Shown in pieces: positions 10,871 to 23,845 of a DNA stretch of 64,000 nt (its first letter is position 1; each line of letters begins with the position of its first letter). The DNA is from Haliotis rufescens (Eukaryota): contig NW_025964372.1 of NCBI RefSeq assembly GCF_023055435.1, positions 14,198,001-14,262,000 of the forward strand, given 5' to 3'. Below the pieces are notes generated by a model. The model made no database searches and was not told the DNA's origin. It saw only the letters and a list, made by a program, of their open reading frames with translations. The translations under genes were made by a program, and so were the position numbers.

Positions 10871-11424
10871 TATTTCATATAACCAATTGAACGACATTGT
10901 TTGAATAAACAACATTTACTCACAACATTCATTCACCCAGTTCAAACTATAATAAAAAAATTTAGGCTGTCTTTATATTGTTGCAACAACAAAATGTGAA
11001 TGTTTCATTTCATGACCGTATTTTTCATAACGTTCAGTCTTTAAAAGCTAGGGACACCCTTGACTAGATAATAATTGATATTGTTATGATGGGATGCAAC
11101 ACAACTACGTTACATATTAACTATCAATAATTGTTCAGTAACACATGTTCATTATTAGTAGTCAACTGAAAATATCAATAATGATTTTTGCTTGTCGTTG
11201 ATAACATGTAATAGACATTTTGGTCTTTCAAAACACTAATTTATCATGCATGCTGAACTAAGTTTGACAATATTATCTCTTTTAATGTTTTGATAACAAA
11301 AACAACATATGCTTAATAGCCGCGAGTGCGAGAATAGGTTACTATTGTTACAACAGACAATCTATATTGTTTGTTTGTTTGTTGTGTAACGTCGCACTCA
11401 GCAATATTCCAGCTATATGACGGC

Positions 11425-14400
11425 GGGGTATTCGCAGGACGACGACCCCTCGAATTTTTCCATTCGCAGGACGACGACCCGCCGGTACACCTTTGATGTG
11501 TGGTGTTGTTTTAGGAGGGGATTAACTCCTTGGGTAGTGACAAAAACTGAAATATGTACACGAAAACTCAAATGTGTTCAATGAATTGGTGAATTCTGAT
11601 TTTGATAATCTAGTGAGTACCATTTACTCAGCTGATTGACTCAACAGTTACTCTCTTATAAATCTCCGAAACATGGTAGTCTGTCGCCATTAGAGGCTTA
11701 AAACGTCATAAAAAAACACCTAACATTAATAATTCAACAAACCCCGCTGAAAAGGCAAATAACCTCGCCAACAACTTTTCGGCCGTAAGCAGTAACAACA
11801 ACTTTAGCCAAAAATTTCAAGATAAACTTAAAACAGAAAACAAATCCACCAAAGAACCAAATAATGACAACCTAGAAAAAAAACACCCTTACACAATGGA
11901 GGAGCTACTCTACGTCATCCAAAACAGGAAAAAGGGCACAGCCCCAGGATTGGACCTAACTTCCTACCAAATAATTAAAAAACTCCCCCCTAAACTACTC
12001 CAAGCACTACTTAAATTATACAATCTCATCTATCAAAATGGACAAGTACCTACTCCCTGGAAACAGGCCTTAGTCATACCAATCCCTAAACCTAATAAAC
12101 CAGCTAATCAGGCTTACTCCTATAAACCAATTTCCTTAACTTCAAACTTATGTAAAGTAATGGAAGCTATGGCTAAAAACAGACTACAACATTACCTAAC
12201 TCAAAATAACATCATAAACCCAGATCAAACCTTAGATAACCTCGCCCGTTTAGAGCAGAACATTAAAACAGGACAACTCAGCAAACAATATACTACAGGC
12301 ATCTTCTTAGACTTCTCCAAAGCTTTCGACATGGTATGGCACGATGGGCTAATACAAAAACTTAAAAAAATAGGACTCAAAGGTCAGATAATAAACTACA
12401 TCCAAGACTTCCTAAACAATCGTAAAATAACTGTGGGTATAGACCAAACTCTATCGGACCAATGTCCCCTAGAAAATGGCACTCCACAGGGCAGTATCCT
12501 CAGCCCCACACTCTTCAATATAATGATAAACGATCTATTCGAGGGCCTATCCCCTAAAGTAAACACATCAAAATTCGCGGATGATGGAGCCATGTGGATC
12601 CGCACTAAAAGCATGAAAATGGTCCAAAATTTACTCAAAAAATCTCTAAACAAAATACAGCAATGTGCTGACAAATGGGGCTTCTCCCTTAACTCGGAAA
12701 AAAACTACAGGAATAGTATTTAAACACAAAAACATGAAACCCGCCTCCCCAAAACTCCAGCTAAACAACAAACCAATCCAATTCCTAAAACAAACCAAAT
12801 TCTTAGGACTAATTTTCGATGAACATCTCTCCTGGGACGCTCACATAAATAATCTAATAACTAAATGTAGCAAAGATCTAAATACGCTAAGATGCCTCAC
12901 TGGCTCAAACTGGGGGCCTCCAAAGACACCATCCTCTCACTCTATGTATCACTAATTAGATCTATAATAGACTACGGATGTGCCTTTACGACACCCTAAA
13001 CCAATCCCTAAGCAAAAAACTGGACTCAATCCAATATCAGGCTCTAAAACTAATAACACGCACTCAACATGGCACCTCCTAAACTGCACTCCAGGCCTTA
13101 ACAGGAGAAATGCCACTTAGTCTACGTAGGGAACAATTAACCCTAAATTTCTGGTCCGCGTCTCAATCCAACCCCCTAATTCAAAGCCTAATAAACAAAA
13201 ATATAAGCCCAAAGAACCAAGCCCTAGCTCGAAAACACCCTCTACTAACTCCAATATCCCAAAGAATAACCAATTACTTAAATGAACACCAAATAAACAA
13301 TCTTAAACAAAACCGTAAAAAATCAAATATCTTCACCCCAAAACTTAAAACACCCAAAATAGACATAACACTAGCTAGCACAATAAATAAACAAACCGAC
13401 CCAAACATAGCCAAAACCACCACCAAACAATCAAATTTCAAAAACAAACCAAATTCTTAGGACTTATTTTCGATGAACATCTCACCTGGGATGCTCACAT
13501 CCCAAACCTAACAACTAAATGCAGTAAAGACCTAAACACCCTAAGATGCCTAACTAGCTCTAACTGGGGAGCCTCCAAAGAAACCCTCCTCTCTCTCTAC
13601 ATATCACTAATTAGATCAAAACTACGGCTGCGCCATATACAACACCCTAAACAACTCTCTACCTAAAAAACTTGACTCAATACAATATCAGGCTCTCAAA
13701 CTAATTACACGCACCCAACATGGCACCTCCTACACCTCACTTCAGGCCTTAACAGGAGAAATGCCACTAAGTCTACGCAGGGAACAGCTAAGCTTAAATT
13801 TCTGGGCCGCGTCCCAATCAAACCCTCTCATCCAAAACTTAATAAACCAAAACATCAGCCCCAAAAACCAAGCTCTAGCTCGTAAACACCCCTTACTTAC
13901 CCCAATATCCCAAAGAATAACAAACTACCTAAATGAACACCAAATTAAAAATCTTAAACAAAACTGCAAACAATCAAATATATTCACCCCTAAACTTAAA
14001 ATACCCCAAATAGACACAACACTAGCTAGCCAAATAAATAAACAAACCGACCCAAACATAGCTAAAACTACCACACTAGCATACATACACGAAAATTGGC
14101 CAAATTGGTGTCACATTTACACGGACGGATCCTCAGATCCGACCTCCAAACACACAGGTTTCGGAGTCCATACCACACAACCAACTAAAACCACACAATC
14201 CTTCCGACTCCCAAACAACCAATCAATATTCACGACAGAACTAATGGGCATGGCCTCAGCCCTCCATAATCAAGAATCCAAAAACCATAAAAAAATCCTA
14301 ATACTTACCGACTCCCTAAGTGGACTGCAAGCCCTCCAAAACCAAAATACCAAAAAAACCGACCTAAATTAATAAATCAAATACTTAAAAGCTCCAGCGA

Positions 14401-15786
14401 CCTAACTAAGGCAGGCAAACAAATAACCTTCTTGTGGATACCCGCCCTCGTGGGAATATACGGTAATGAAAACGCTGATAAAGCAGCTAAACTATCCCTC
14501 AAAATCCCAGAAATAAGATTAAACTTACCCATCTCAAAATCAGAAATTAAAAGTGTAAACAAGCAAAAAATCACCAAAAAATGGCATAACCTATATCTAA
14601 ACTCATATAGCCACATCAAAAAAGTGCTCAGCAAACCACTAACCAAACCAAAAATTCTCCATCCATAAAAAAAAAAATCGACAGAGTAATCACTAAACTT
14701 CAAACAGGACACACCAACCTAAATAACCACCTAAAAAAACCAAAAAAACACACTACAGGTAACTGCAGCTGCCCACACTGCAAACAACCAGAAACCCCAG
14801 AACACGCACTCATCCACACTACCTAACACATCGAACCGCATTACAAACCACCCTCAATCTAAACAAGGCTCTCACTCTAGAAGCAATACTAAACCCACAA
14901 AATAAACTAGAAAACTTCAAGGCCTTAGGCGTATTCTTAATAAAAACGGAACTAATAAAACGCATCTAAAAACACAATAACCTACCAAATCACATAAACA
15001 AACAAACATCCACCATACCCAGCTCCCTTAATTCTCCTCCCCAACCCCATCGGCACCTATTCCAAATCTCAAAATTCCCAAATTCTATATAAGCAACCCC
15101 TAAACCCCCCTCTTGGGTTGCACAGACCACTTTCGCCCCTTTCGGAAACACATTAAATGGCCTGGCCGGGCCCGTGTGCGAAATACGCATCAGTCGGAAA
15201 GCGCACGTTAAATCTCCAAAGTAAGTAAATAAGTAAGGTAGTCTGTCATCATTCTCGATATGGCAAACGCACAGTTACAGTACACGTTTCTTCCAACTAC
15301 ACGCGGCAGTAGATACCTTTGTACTGGTGGCTACACCTATCGAGTTGGAAGAAGGAAGAGGAATGACTGGATCTCTTGGAAGTCCTCATAACCATGAACC
15401 AGTGAATCATGACTATAAGGTATGCATTACGGCCTCATAAGAATATCAATATTGATACTGTAGGTAAAAAAGACTAGATTACTGTATGATATAAACGTAT
15501 TTATGCAAAGACAATTGCTCCAGACTTTTGTGAATCTTATATGTACGTCATCTTGTCCATATACGTTCAAATTATTTGTAAATAAATCAATATTCCACCC
15601 TTATTGTCTTTCTTTCGTTCGTTTCAAATCCAGTTCCACTTTTTTACTTGCTCGAGTTGTTAAAATAACACTCGATACCCATTGTTTAACTTGATTGGCG
15701 GATTAAAATATTCGCAGGACGACGACCTCACTTTTTGCTAGTTTGTTTTCATACGACACAGGGGGTCGTCGTCCTGAGAATGAACC
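11425..15786. mobile_element. Non-autonomous TIR DNA transposon (Merlin- or MuDR-like), split by a LINE and inserted in a family A SINE
   Basis: TIRs GGGGTATTCGCAGGACGACGACCCC and GGGGGTCGTCGTCCTGAGAATGAACC, subterminal TTCGCAGGACGACGACC repeats, 8-9 bp TSD ATGACGGC(G) at 11417 and 15787. Confidence 0.8.
11692..15236 (+). mobile_element. 5'-truncated non-LTR retrotransposon with RT and RNase H (I/Nimb-like group), frameshifted
   Basis: RT motifs YKPISLTSNLCK, FLDFSKAFD, GTPQGSILSP, FADD; RNase H IYTDGS, TDSLS, WIPALVGIYGNENADKAAK; (AAGT)n tail; 17-bp TSD GGTAGTCTGTC(GC/AT)CATT at 11675-11691 and 15237-15253. Confidence 0.92.
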
Positions 15787-17849
15787 ATGACGGCGGTCTG
15801 TAAATAATCGAGTCTGGACCAGACAATCCAGTGATTAATATCATGAGCATCGATCTACGCATCTATGCATCAACCAAGTCAGCGAGCCTGACCACCCGAT
15901 CCCGTTAGTCGCCATTTACGACAAGCATAGTCGCCTTTTACAGCAAGTATGGGTTGTTGAAGACCTATTGAACTGAACTGAAGAGAGACTCATATGTTTC
16001 TACATTATCTTATACATACCACCGTAATCACTTTCAGTTTCACATATAATTTTCAGGTATTGAGTGCCGACTGTAGGACCGTCGGAGCACGCGCGCCCCC
16101 TATGGGGAAGATAATTGAGCAACACGCCCCATTGGGATCGATGACAATCATCAACCAAGTCAGCGAGCCTTACGATCCGATCCCGTTAGTCGCCTCTTTC
16201 GCGCATGTACTGATTTTGCTGAAAAGTAACACGATATGTTAATTTTGGATTGTATCTGCTGTGTAAAAGTACAAAAGTGCAGAGATCAAACCCATCCCAT
16301 CCATTGCATTATTGCGTCTTTCATTCTGTTAATGAAGAACTGTTTCGAAACAGACTCATCCTTGTTCCGCCACTTGTGATTTGGTTCAAGCCTCATATTA
16401 AAAATCCTAGTATCGTCCTTGTCAAAGAGACCTTCCTCTCACTAACTTATTAAATCTGACACCAATCAAATAATATATCAACAGAAATATGTGTAATTAA
16501 GAACTCAGTATGATACTCAGTATTCACTTTTTAACAGATAGATCCAAGGTTGTTAGCAAGGTTTGAAGTTGCTACTGTCATTGGATCCAAATCTTTCAAG
16601 GCATCTCATAATACTTCTATTTCTACAGCTGGAGCCAAGACGCTGAGAATGCATTTAGCACTAATCTAACTATATCTGTCATGTGTTCAGGTGCTTTAAG
16701 GTCCAACCCTTTATTGCATTCATTCATACTTGAAGTTTAAGAATCGTACAGTTGTCATTTCTACTGGCTAATACATCGTCTTTTGTTGTCTGCCTCTCCA
16801 TTTCTGATACACGCCGAGAGAAAAATCCGTAATATTTTAATGTCCAAGTGAAATACATCGGCTTCCAAATGAAACCTATATGGGTGTGTGGTCTAAAGCT
16901 ACTGGCACAGGTGCATGACAAATGTTTCCTTTGGCTGAGTGGGCACGAGTGGCTCAGTCGACTTAGACAATGTTTACTATTCAATAATTCACGACCAGGA
17001 ATATTGAGGAAACTGTCCAAATTCAGTAAAATCACCATGTCGTTGTTGAAACCCATCAAATAACTCTCCCTCTTCTTGAATTGCACATATGTTGCTACCC
17101 AAGAGAATCTGTATAAATATGAATGCATGCTCGGCAAAGATGTTATTGTATATATTCTATATTTATATGTATATGTATTATGTTGTTGAAATAATTGTGT
17201 ACCTCTGATGGCGCTGATAGCGGCCTAAGTGGAAATAAAGTTCAGTTCAGTCAATTGATTGTTGATGGTATGATGAATTCAGGGATATATGTATCGTAGC
17301 TGAGTGTGATATACATGTGATGTTACAGGCATCTCAACTGACGCGAAAAGAACCATGATTTTACACTATCCAACATGGAGGTTCGGTCCAGAGTTTTTGT
17401 TTCGAAAACGAATATAGGGTTATTGGAGTCTTTTCGGAATTATGATTGGGGTTTGGACAAAGAGCAGACCCCCAATTGTTTTGTAATTGAACTTATACGT
17501 TATTTGAAAATATAATCACATTACCTATTATTGACCTAATCTCGTCTTGGTCTACAGTGTACAGTTACATTGCCCATCGTTTCAAATAACACTATGAACA
17601 GTTGGATAATTAGACCGATACAAATGTCAAAATATATAATTTGTTACGGGGTTATTCTACGTACCTAATTTCCGTAGCTCCTTTATTGAGTGGTGACACT
17701 TAGGATACCGAAAAGCAGAAGTTACCGACGTGAATCGGAGTCGCCATTGTTGTTTACAAATTGACGAGTAAATATGTGCTTATTATACGCGTTTTGATTG
17801 GCTGCGTTCATACAACATGTCGCATGAAAATAGATCATGTCCTATTTCG

Positions 17850-18128
17850 TACAACTCACGTTGTACCGTGTGAATGCCCAAACGGCACCACAATTCGCTG
17901 TGTAGAGTTGTGTCCCTTGGGCACGCAAGGATCCTATGATCATGGGTTCGACTCCGGGTTGGCCCCGATGATGTTTAGGTTCGTCTACACCATACCCGTG
18001 ATCGTGGGTTTAAAAAAGTGGTAAACATGTGAGACCTGCATCACTTTTGGTTATTCTTCACATGAAGCTGACACTTCATGATGTAACTGGAAAACTGTTA
18101 AAGGCGGCGTAAACCCCAAGTCACCCAC
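17850..18128 (+). mobile_element. tRNA-derived SINE family C copy (diverged)
   Basis: GGGTTCGACTCC B-box, CACCATACCCGTG core, GGCGGCGTAAACCC tail; matches the copy at 49712-49994. Confidence 0.7.
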
Positions 18129-18185
18129 TGGCTGATATATAGACGTGTTTGCTCCGTTTTTCGCCCCTGTGATTTTTAGACATTA

Positions 18186-18188
<3 letters not shown>

Positions 18189-18247
<59 letters not shown>
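18189..18247. repeat. (AT)n microsatellite
   Basis: Direct observation. Confidence 0.95.
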
Positions 18248-18254
<7 letters not shown>

Positions 18255-18927
18255 TGTTTCGGCTATTTCTGTTAATCCTACAACAATCTGTAACTAGTTT
18301 TTTTTATGACTAACATCCAGTTTTGGGAAATATATCCCCTGCAGCCCTCAGTCCTATTTGCCGTAAAAGGCGACTATGCTTGTCGTAAGAGGCGACTAAC
18401 GGGATCGGGTGGTCAGGCTCGCTGACTTGGTTGATGCATGTCATCAATCCAAATTGCATGGATCGATGCTCATGATATCAATCACTGGATTGTCTGGTCC
18501 AGACTCTATTATTTACAGACCGCCGTCATATAGCTGGAATATTGCTGAGTGCAGTGTTAAACAACAAACCAACCAAATCCTACTCCAACTATAAATGCCT
18601 TTCAAGGATTAATCCCCCGTGGAGGCAGTTGTGAAGGTATCTCCAGTGTTGTTACTAATAAGGCATAAGCTGTGGACATGGTAATCAAACGGAAGAGCAG
18701 AGGTGAGTGAGTGAGTGAGTGAGTTGTATTATAAGTGACGAGGGCAATATTTCAGCCATCTCGTGACTGGAAAATAGTATACATTAATTATATTTAAAAA
18801 CCTGACGACGATAGACAGTACAATAACTAGAATATAATAAGTTGTATATACAACAATAAAGCGATCACAAAATCTACGATGAAAGTAGGCAGACTGGTCG
18901 TGTTGCCCGACAATTGAAATTGCGTAG

Positions 18928-21030
18928 TGCGTCAAACACCATGAACACCCCAAACACAATGCGTCAAACACCATGAACACCCGAAACACAATGCGTCAAA
19001 CACCATGAACACCTCAAACACAATGCGTCAAACACCATGAACACCCCAAACACCATGAACACCCCAAACACCATGAACACCCCAAACACAATGCGTCAAA
19101 CACCATAAAACACCTCAAACACAATGCGTCAAATACACTGAACACCCCAAACACAATGCGTCAAACACCATGAACACCCCAAACACCATGAACACCCCAT
19201 ACACCATGAACACCCCAAACACAATGCGTCAAACACCATGAACACCTCAAACACAATGCGTCAAACACCATGAACACCCCAAACACCATGAACACCCGAA
19301 ACACAATGCGTCAAACACATTGAACACCCCAAACACCATGAACAACCCAAACACCATGAACACCCCAAACACCATGCGTCAAACACAATGAACACCCCAA
19401 ACACAATGCGTCAACACCATGAACACCCCAAACACAATGCGTCAAACACCATGAACACCCCAAACACCATGAACACCCAAAACACAATGCGTCAAACACC
19501 ATGAACACCCCAAACCCCATTGCGTCAAACACCATGAACACCCCAAAAACAATGCGTCAAACACCATGAACACCTCAAACACAATGCGTCAAACACGATG
19601 AACACCCCAAACACAATGCGCCAAACACCATGAACACCCCAAACACCATGAACACCCCAAACACAATGCGTCAAACACCATAAAACACCTCAAACACAAT
19701 GCGTCAAACACCATGAACACCCCAAACACCATGAAAACCCCAAACACAATGCGTCAAACACTATGAACACCCCAAACACAATGCGTCAAACACCATGAAC
19801 ACCCGAAACACAATGCGTCAAACACCATGAACACCTCAAACACAATGCGTCAAACACCATGAACACCCCAAACACCATGAACACCCCAAACACCATGAAC
19901 ACCCCAAAGACAATGCGTCAAACACCATAAAACACCCCAAAGACAATGCGTCAAACACCATAAAACACCTCAAACACAATGCGTCAAACACCATGAACAC
20001 CCCAAACACCATGAAAACCCCAAACACAATGCGTCAAACACAATGAACACCCCAAACACAATGCGTCAAACACCATGAACACCCCAAACACAATGCGTCA
20101 AACACTATGAACACCCCAAACACAATGCGTCAAACACCATGAACACCCGAAACACCATGCGTCAAACACCATGAACACCTCAAACACAATGCGTCAAACA
20201 CCATGAACACCCCAAACACCATGAACACCCCAAACACCATGAACACCCCAAAGACAATGCGTCAAACACCATAAAACACCCCAAAGACAATGCGTCAAAC
20301 ACCATAAAACACCTCAAACACAATGCGTCAAACACCATGAACACCCCAAACACCATGAAAACCCCAAACACAATGCGTCAAACACAATGAACACCCCAAA
20401 CCCAATGCGTCAAACACCATGAACACCCGAAACACAATGCGTCAAACACCATGAACACCTCAAACACAATGCGTCAAACACCATGAACACCCCAAACACC
20501 ATGAAAACCCCAAACACAAAGCGTCAAACACAATGAACACCCCAAACACAATGCGTCAAACACCATGAACACCCCAAACACAATGCGTCAAACACCATGA
20601 ACACCTCAAACACAATGCGTCAAACACAATGAACACCCCAAACACATTGCGTCAAACACCATGAACACCCCAAACACAATGCGTCAAACACCATGAACAC
20701 CCAAAACACAATGCGTCAAACACCATGAACACCACAAACACAATGCGTCAAACACCATGAACACCACAAACACAATGCGTCAAACACCATGAACACCTCA
20801 AACACAATGCGTCAAACACCATGAACAACCCAAACACCATGAACACCCCACACACCATGAACACCCCAAACACAATGCGTCAAACACCATGAACACCCCA
20901 AACTCCATGAACACCCCAAACACCATGAACACCCCAAACACAATGCGTCAAACACAATGAACACCCCCCACACAATGCGTCAAACACAATGAACACATCA
21001 AACACAATGCGTCAAACACCATGAACACCC
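18928..21030. repeat. Compound minisatellite of about 2.1 kb built from 14-bp and 18-bp subunits
   Basis: Irregular alternation of CAAACACAATGCGT and CAAACACCATGAACACCC. Confidence 0.95.
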
Positions 21031-21549
21031 CATCAAAGGGAATTGCCCATGTGACAGATTTTTTTCGTTGGGGGACGACCTCGGCTATTATTTATTATCG
21101 TCTGTTATATATTTCTGTTTTTCAAATTTAATTTTGGTCAAGCACTTGTGGTTAAGTATGCTCTAAAGTATAAAAATCTGCAAAGGTGAGTTCACTTGCC
21201 CTGAGGCAAGGTTACAGTCGATTCTGGGGACAATCTAGTACAAAGCAAAGCAAACTGCCAGCTTACTGGATCCAGTACCTTCCACAGTGTCTTATTACGT
21301 CCAGTGATAACAATTGTCAGTGAAAGTACGTACTGCCTCTGGATTCTTCCTTATTTGTTCAAGGATATGTGGTTAAGACGTTATTGATAAAAATCATAAT
21401 TTAATAAGCTTTCCGGTCTCATTGCACCGAAACTGCATTGTAAGGAAACTAAAGGATCACAGGAGCATGACATACTCTGGTAAATTAGCTTCGTTGCTGG
21501 GTAAGTGCGACCTTCGACCGCAACTGATACGAATTGACGGAAACACCCC

Positions 21550-21715
21550 GAGATTGTTCACCTCATACCTAGATGGACATTCACAATGTGTTGTGGTCAG
21601 CGATGAAAGGTCAGATGGAGCAGATCACAGTCGACGTGTCCCACGTTTTCTGCTAGGTGCAGTGATATTAATTTACACGAGTCCTCTGAAATACACCACA
21701 TTGAAACATAACAAC
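21550..21715 (+). mobile_element. CR1/L2-type LINE RT remnant
   Basis: FTSYLDGHSQCVVV...VP..LLGAVILIYTSPL resembles the WFxSYLxxRxQxV...GVPQGSVLGPxLFxIY region. Confidence 0.55.
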
Positions 21716-22071
21716 ATGTATGTTTGTTCAAATCATTGTGTAAATAAAAAGCAACCAGTGTATTATTCCGACTATAACATATTATTAAGCATATGTTTCT
21801 GAATCACTATCAAAGTGAGTGAGTTAAATTTCATGTAGAATCGGTATTATTTCAGCCATATAGCGATCACTATTAAAAAGTGATGACACCATGGCCAGAC
21901 GTTCGAAACCCGTGAAGATCTTTAGCAACCCATTCTTGTATGAGGCGACTAACGGGATCGGGTGGTCAAATTCGGTGACTAGGTTGATGCATGTCCCGTT
22001 AGTCGCCTCTTAGGACAAGTATAGGTTGCTGATCATGAAGATCTTCACGGGTCAGATTGTGTACTAACATA

Positions 22072-22670
22072 AATAGCCTACCTTCAGTGTTGGTGCCGAA
22101 AGCTGGTATACATAGGATCACATGGGTCGTCCAGTTGATGAACCATAACATTGAAACGGCTTGTCCTTTAATACAAACCAAAACGAGTAGTGCTTATTAT
22201 TGTCAATATATATGACTATTATTCATACATGAGAGAGAAAAATTTTCGCAGTAATTTGCTACCATATTACCATGAAAGCAAGTTTCACATCTGTTACTTA
22301 CCCAATGGGCTGCAAACTAGTCATCTAGGTGATACACATTTGAGGTTTTCGGGGGTTATCCAGTATTCCACAATGACATTGAAGAATCAATGAGTCAGTA
22401 AGTTTGGTTTTACGCCGCTTTCAGCAGTTTTCCAGCAGTATCAAGGCGGGGGACACCAGAAATACTTCAAACATTTCACCTATGGTTGGAATCGAACCCT
22501 GTTCTTCGGCGTGACGAGCGAACGCTTTAACCACTAGGCTACCCCACCGCCCGACATTGAAGAATGCTTAATTTTGATTTGGCACAATGAGATTAAATCA
22601 GGTATCTAATTCTATTCGATACAACAAAATTAACACTTTTTCACACAATAAACTTTCGTACGAAAACATC
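22072..22670 (-). other. Diverged duplicate of the GS-like promoter and first exon (9855-10330)
   Basis: Colinear similarity, e.g. CACAATGACATTGAAGAAT and ATTAACACTTTTTCACACAATAA in both; donor AAG|GTAGG retained. Confidence 0.8.
22388..22552 (-). mobile_element. tRNA-derived SINE family B with 13-bp TSD
   Basis: Head GGGCGGTGGGGTAGCCTAGTGGTTAAAG, B-box GGTTCGATTCC; TSD GACATTGAAGAAT at 22375-22387 and 22553-22565. Other copies about 24848-24998, 48730-48887, 61378-61531. Confidence 0.9.
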
Positions 22671-23845
22671 GTGAGTGATATTCCAGTGATATTACGGCGT
22701 CAGCTTAATGTTGGAGGAAGGTCCGCAGGTCACAGACTTTTACCACTTTGGTGACACCCACGAGCACGGGTATGGTGCTGACAAACCCACAAACATAGTC
22801 GCCCCGTGAAGATCCGGAAAAAAGGTCTTCAGCAACCCATGCTTGCCGTAAAGGCCGACTAACGGGATCGGGTGGTCCGGCTCTCTCATGATCAGACTTG
22901 ATTGATGCAAGACATCGTATCCCAACTGCGTAGATCGATGCTCATGACTTAAATCACTGCTTTGTCTGGTCCCGACTCGATTATTTACAGCCCTATTTTT
23001 ATATAGCTGGAATATTATTGAGCGCAGCGTTTAACAAAAAGAACAACAAAGAAACATAATCGGGGCGAACTGGGATTCGCACCCCAACATAGGTTTCTGG
23101 CATGCCCTGGAGACGCAACTCTGCACAGCGAATTGCAGCGCCTTACACGACTTGGCCACTCGTGCCCCCTGCTCTCTTGGAACGCGCAATGTGCCAATAC
23201 CAACTTTCTAGAAACTTCACGGAAAGGGGTCACAGATAAATAATATTACTTAAGTTCAAGTATGTTATGTAACGCCACAGGGATACGATGAATTCCACAA
23301 ACGGTAATGAAAAGTGAAATATTTGACAAACTGCATTAAACAATATCTGGTAATAAAACATATCAATGTTTGTTTTGTTGGTTTGTTATTTTCCTTTAAT
23401 TCTCCAGTGAAAGCACTCGTGCAGCTTTCATTCCATTATGGTTGCCGAATGTCAAAATACAATCAAAAAAGTAATATCTATTTTCAGGATTTCCATATTT
23501 CTGTTCAGGTTTATGCAGAGTTCAATTTGTCATGACATTGTTTATGAGGATTAAGTTCGTCATATGCTTATGTTGTTTGATCAGAAGATGCATTATTTCT
23601 ACATAATTATAAGACTTTCATCGCATCATTTCATTTTGTAGTCCCTTCTTTTTCAACAAACAATCAAATCCCGGGTTCAAATAACGTGCGCATGTTACAT
23701 ACTCGAATAGGCCGTCTACAGTATTAGGTAAACGTGGATATCAGTTCAGTATAACCTGTGACAGGTGTTAATCAACAGGGTATGATAAGATTAGCGTGAC
23801 CTACTCCTTTCCTTGAATTGTTACTAAGTACAAAAGGCATTAAAA

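Noticed and set aside
18409-18594. Recurrent short ORFs MVRLADLVDAC...PPSYSWNIAEC (also 9438, 25875, 42335, 59848)
   Set aside because: Chance translations of SINE family A.
19311-20371. Cys/Trp-rich ORFs (LGCSWC repeats)
   Set aside because: Artefacts of the compound satellite; frame is not maintained.
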